22,912 bases of DNA from Octopus sinensis (taxonomy: Eukaryota): the NCBI RefSeq assembly GCF_006345805.1, contig NW_021836689.1, positions 1-22,912 of the forward strand. Reading direction: 5' to 3'. Of the stretch, positions 22,891 to 22,912 are shown piece by piece. Made by a program: the position numbers and the translations under genes. Positions within the stretch are counted from its first letter, which is position 1. Every line of letters begins with the position of its first letter. The notes below the pieces were generated by a model. It was not told where the DNA came from. It did no database searches and worked only from the letters and a program-made list of their open reading frames with translations.

Positions 22891-22912
22891 AGTAACCTAC
22901 ATGGATGGACAT

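Overview
This is repeat-saturated, AT-rich eukaryotic DNA. The SINE families and the extreme microsatellite density match what I recognise from Octopus (coleoid cephalopod) genomes; that assignment is inferred and was not checked against a database. No complete, identifiable protein-coding gene is present, and most ORFs in the supplied track are microsatellite artefacts. Supportable content: many (TA)n, (CA)n, (TAA)n, (TCTA)n, (CT)n and (AAC)n arrays; copies of two tRNA-derived SINE families, one young with a TSD; two hAT-type MITEs, one with a perfect 8-bp TSD; one Tc1/mariner-type MITE; a decayed non-LTR ORF1 relic; a Dong/R4-like 3' end inside a (TAA)n array; a tRNA-Ala pseudogene; two copies of a Penelope-associated repeat carrying a hammerhead-variant-like motif; and a probable Helitron 3' end. 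There is also a candidate minus-strand spliced gene: a CpG-rich first exon (~5127-5270), an ATG exon (4722-4820) and a 28-nt microexon (2257-2284). I did not find a clearly novel multi-gene system. The best leads are the candidate gene, with its overlapping uORF and microexon, and the ribozyme-like motif.
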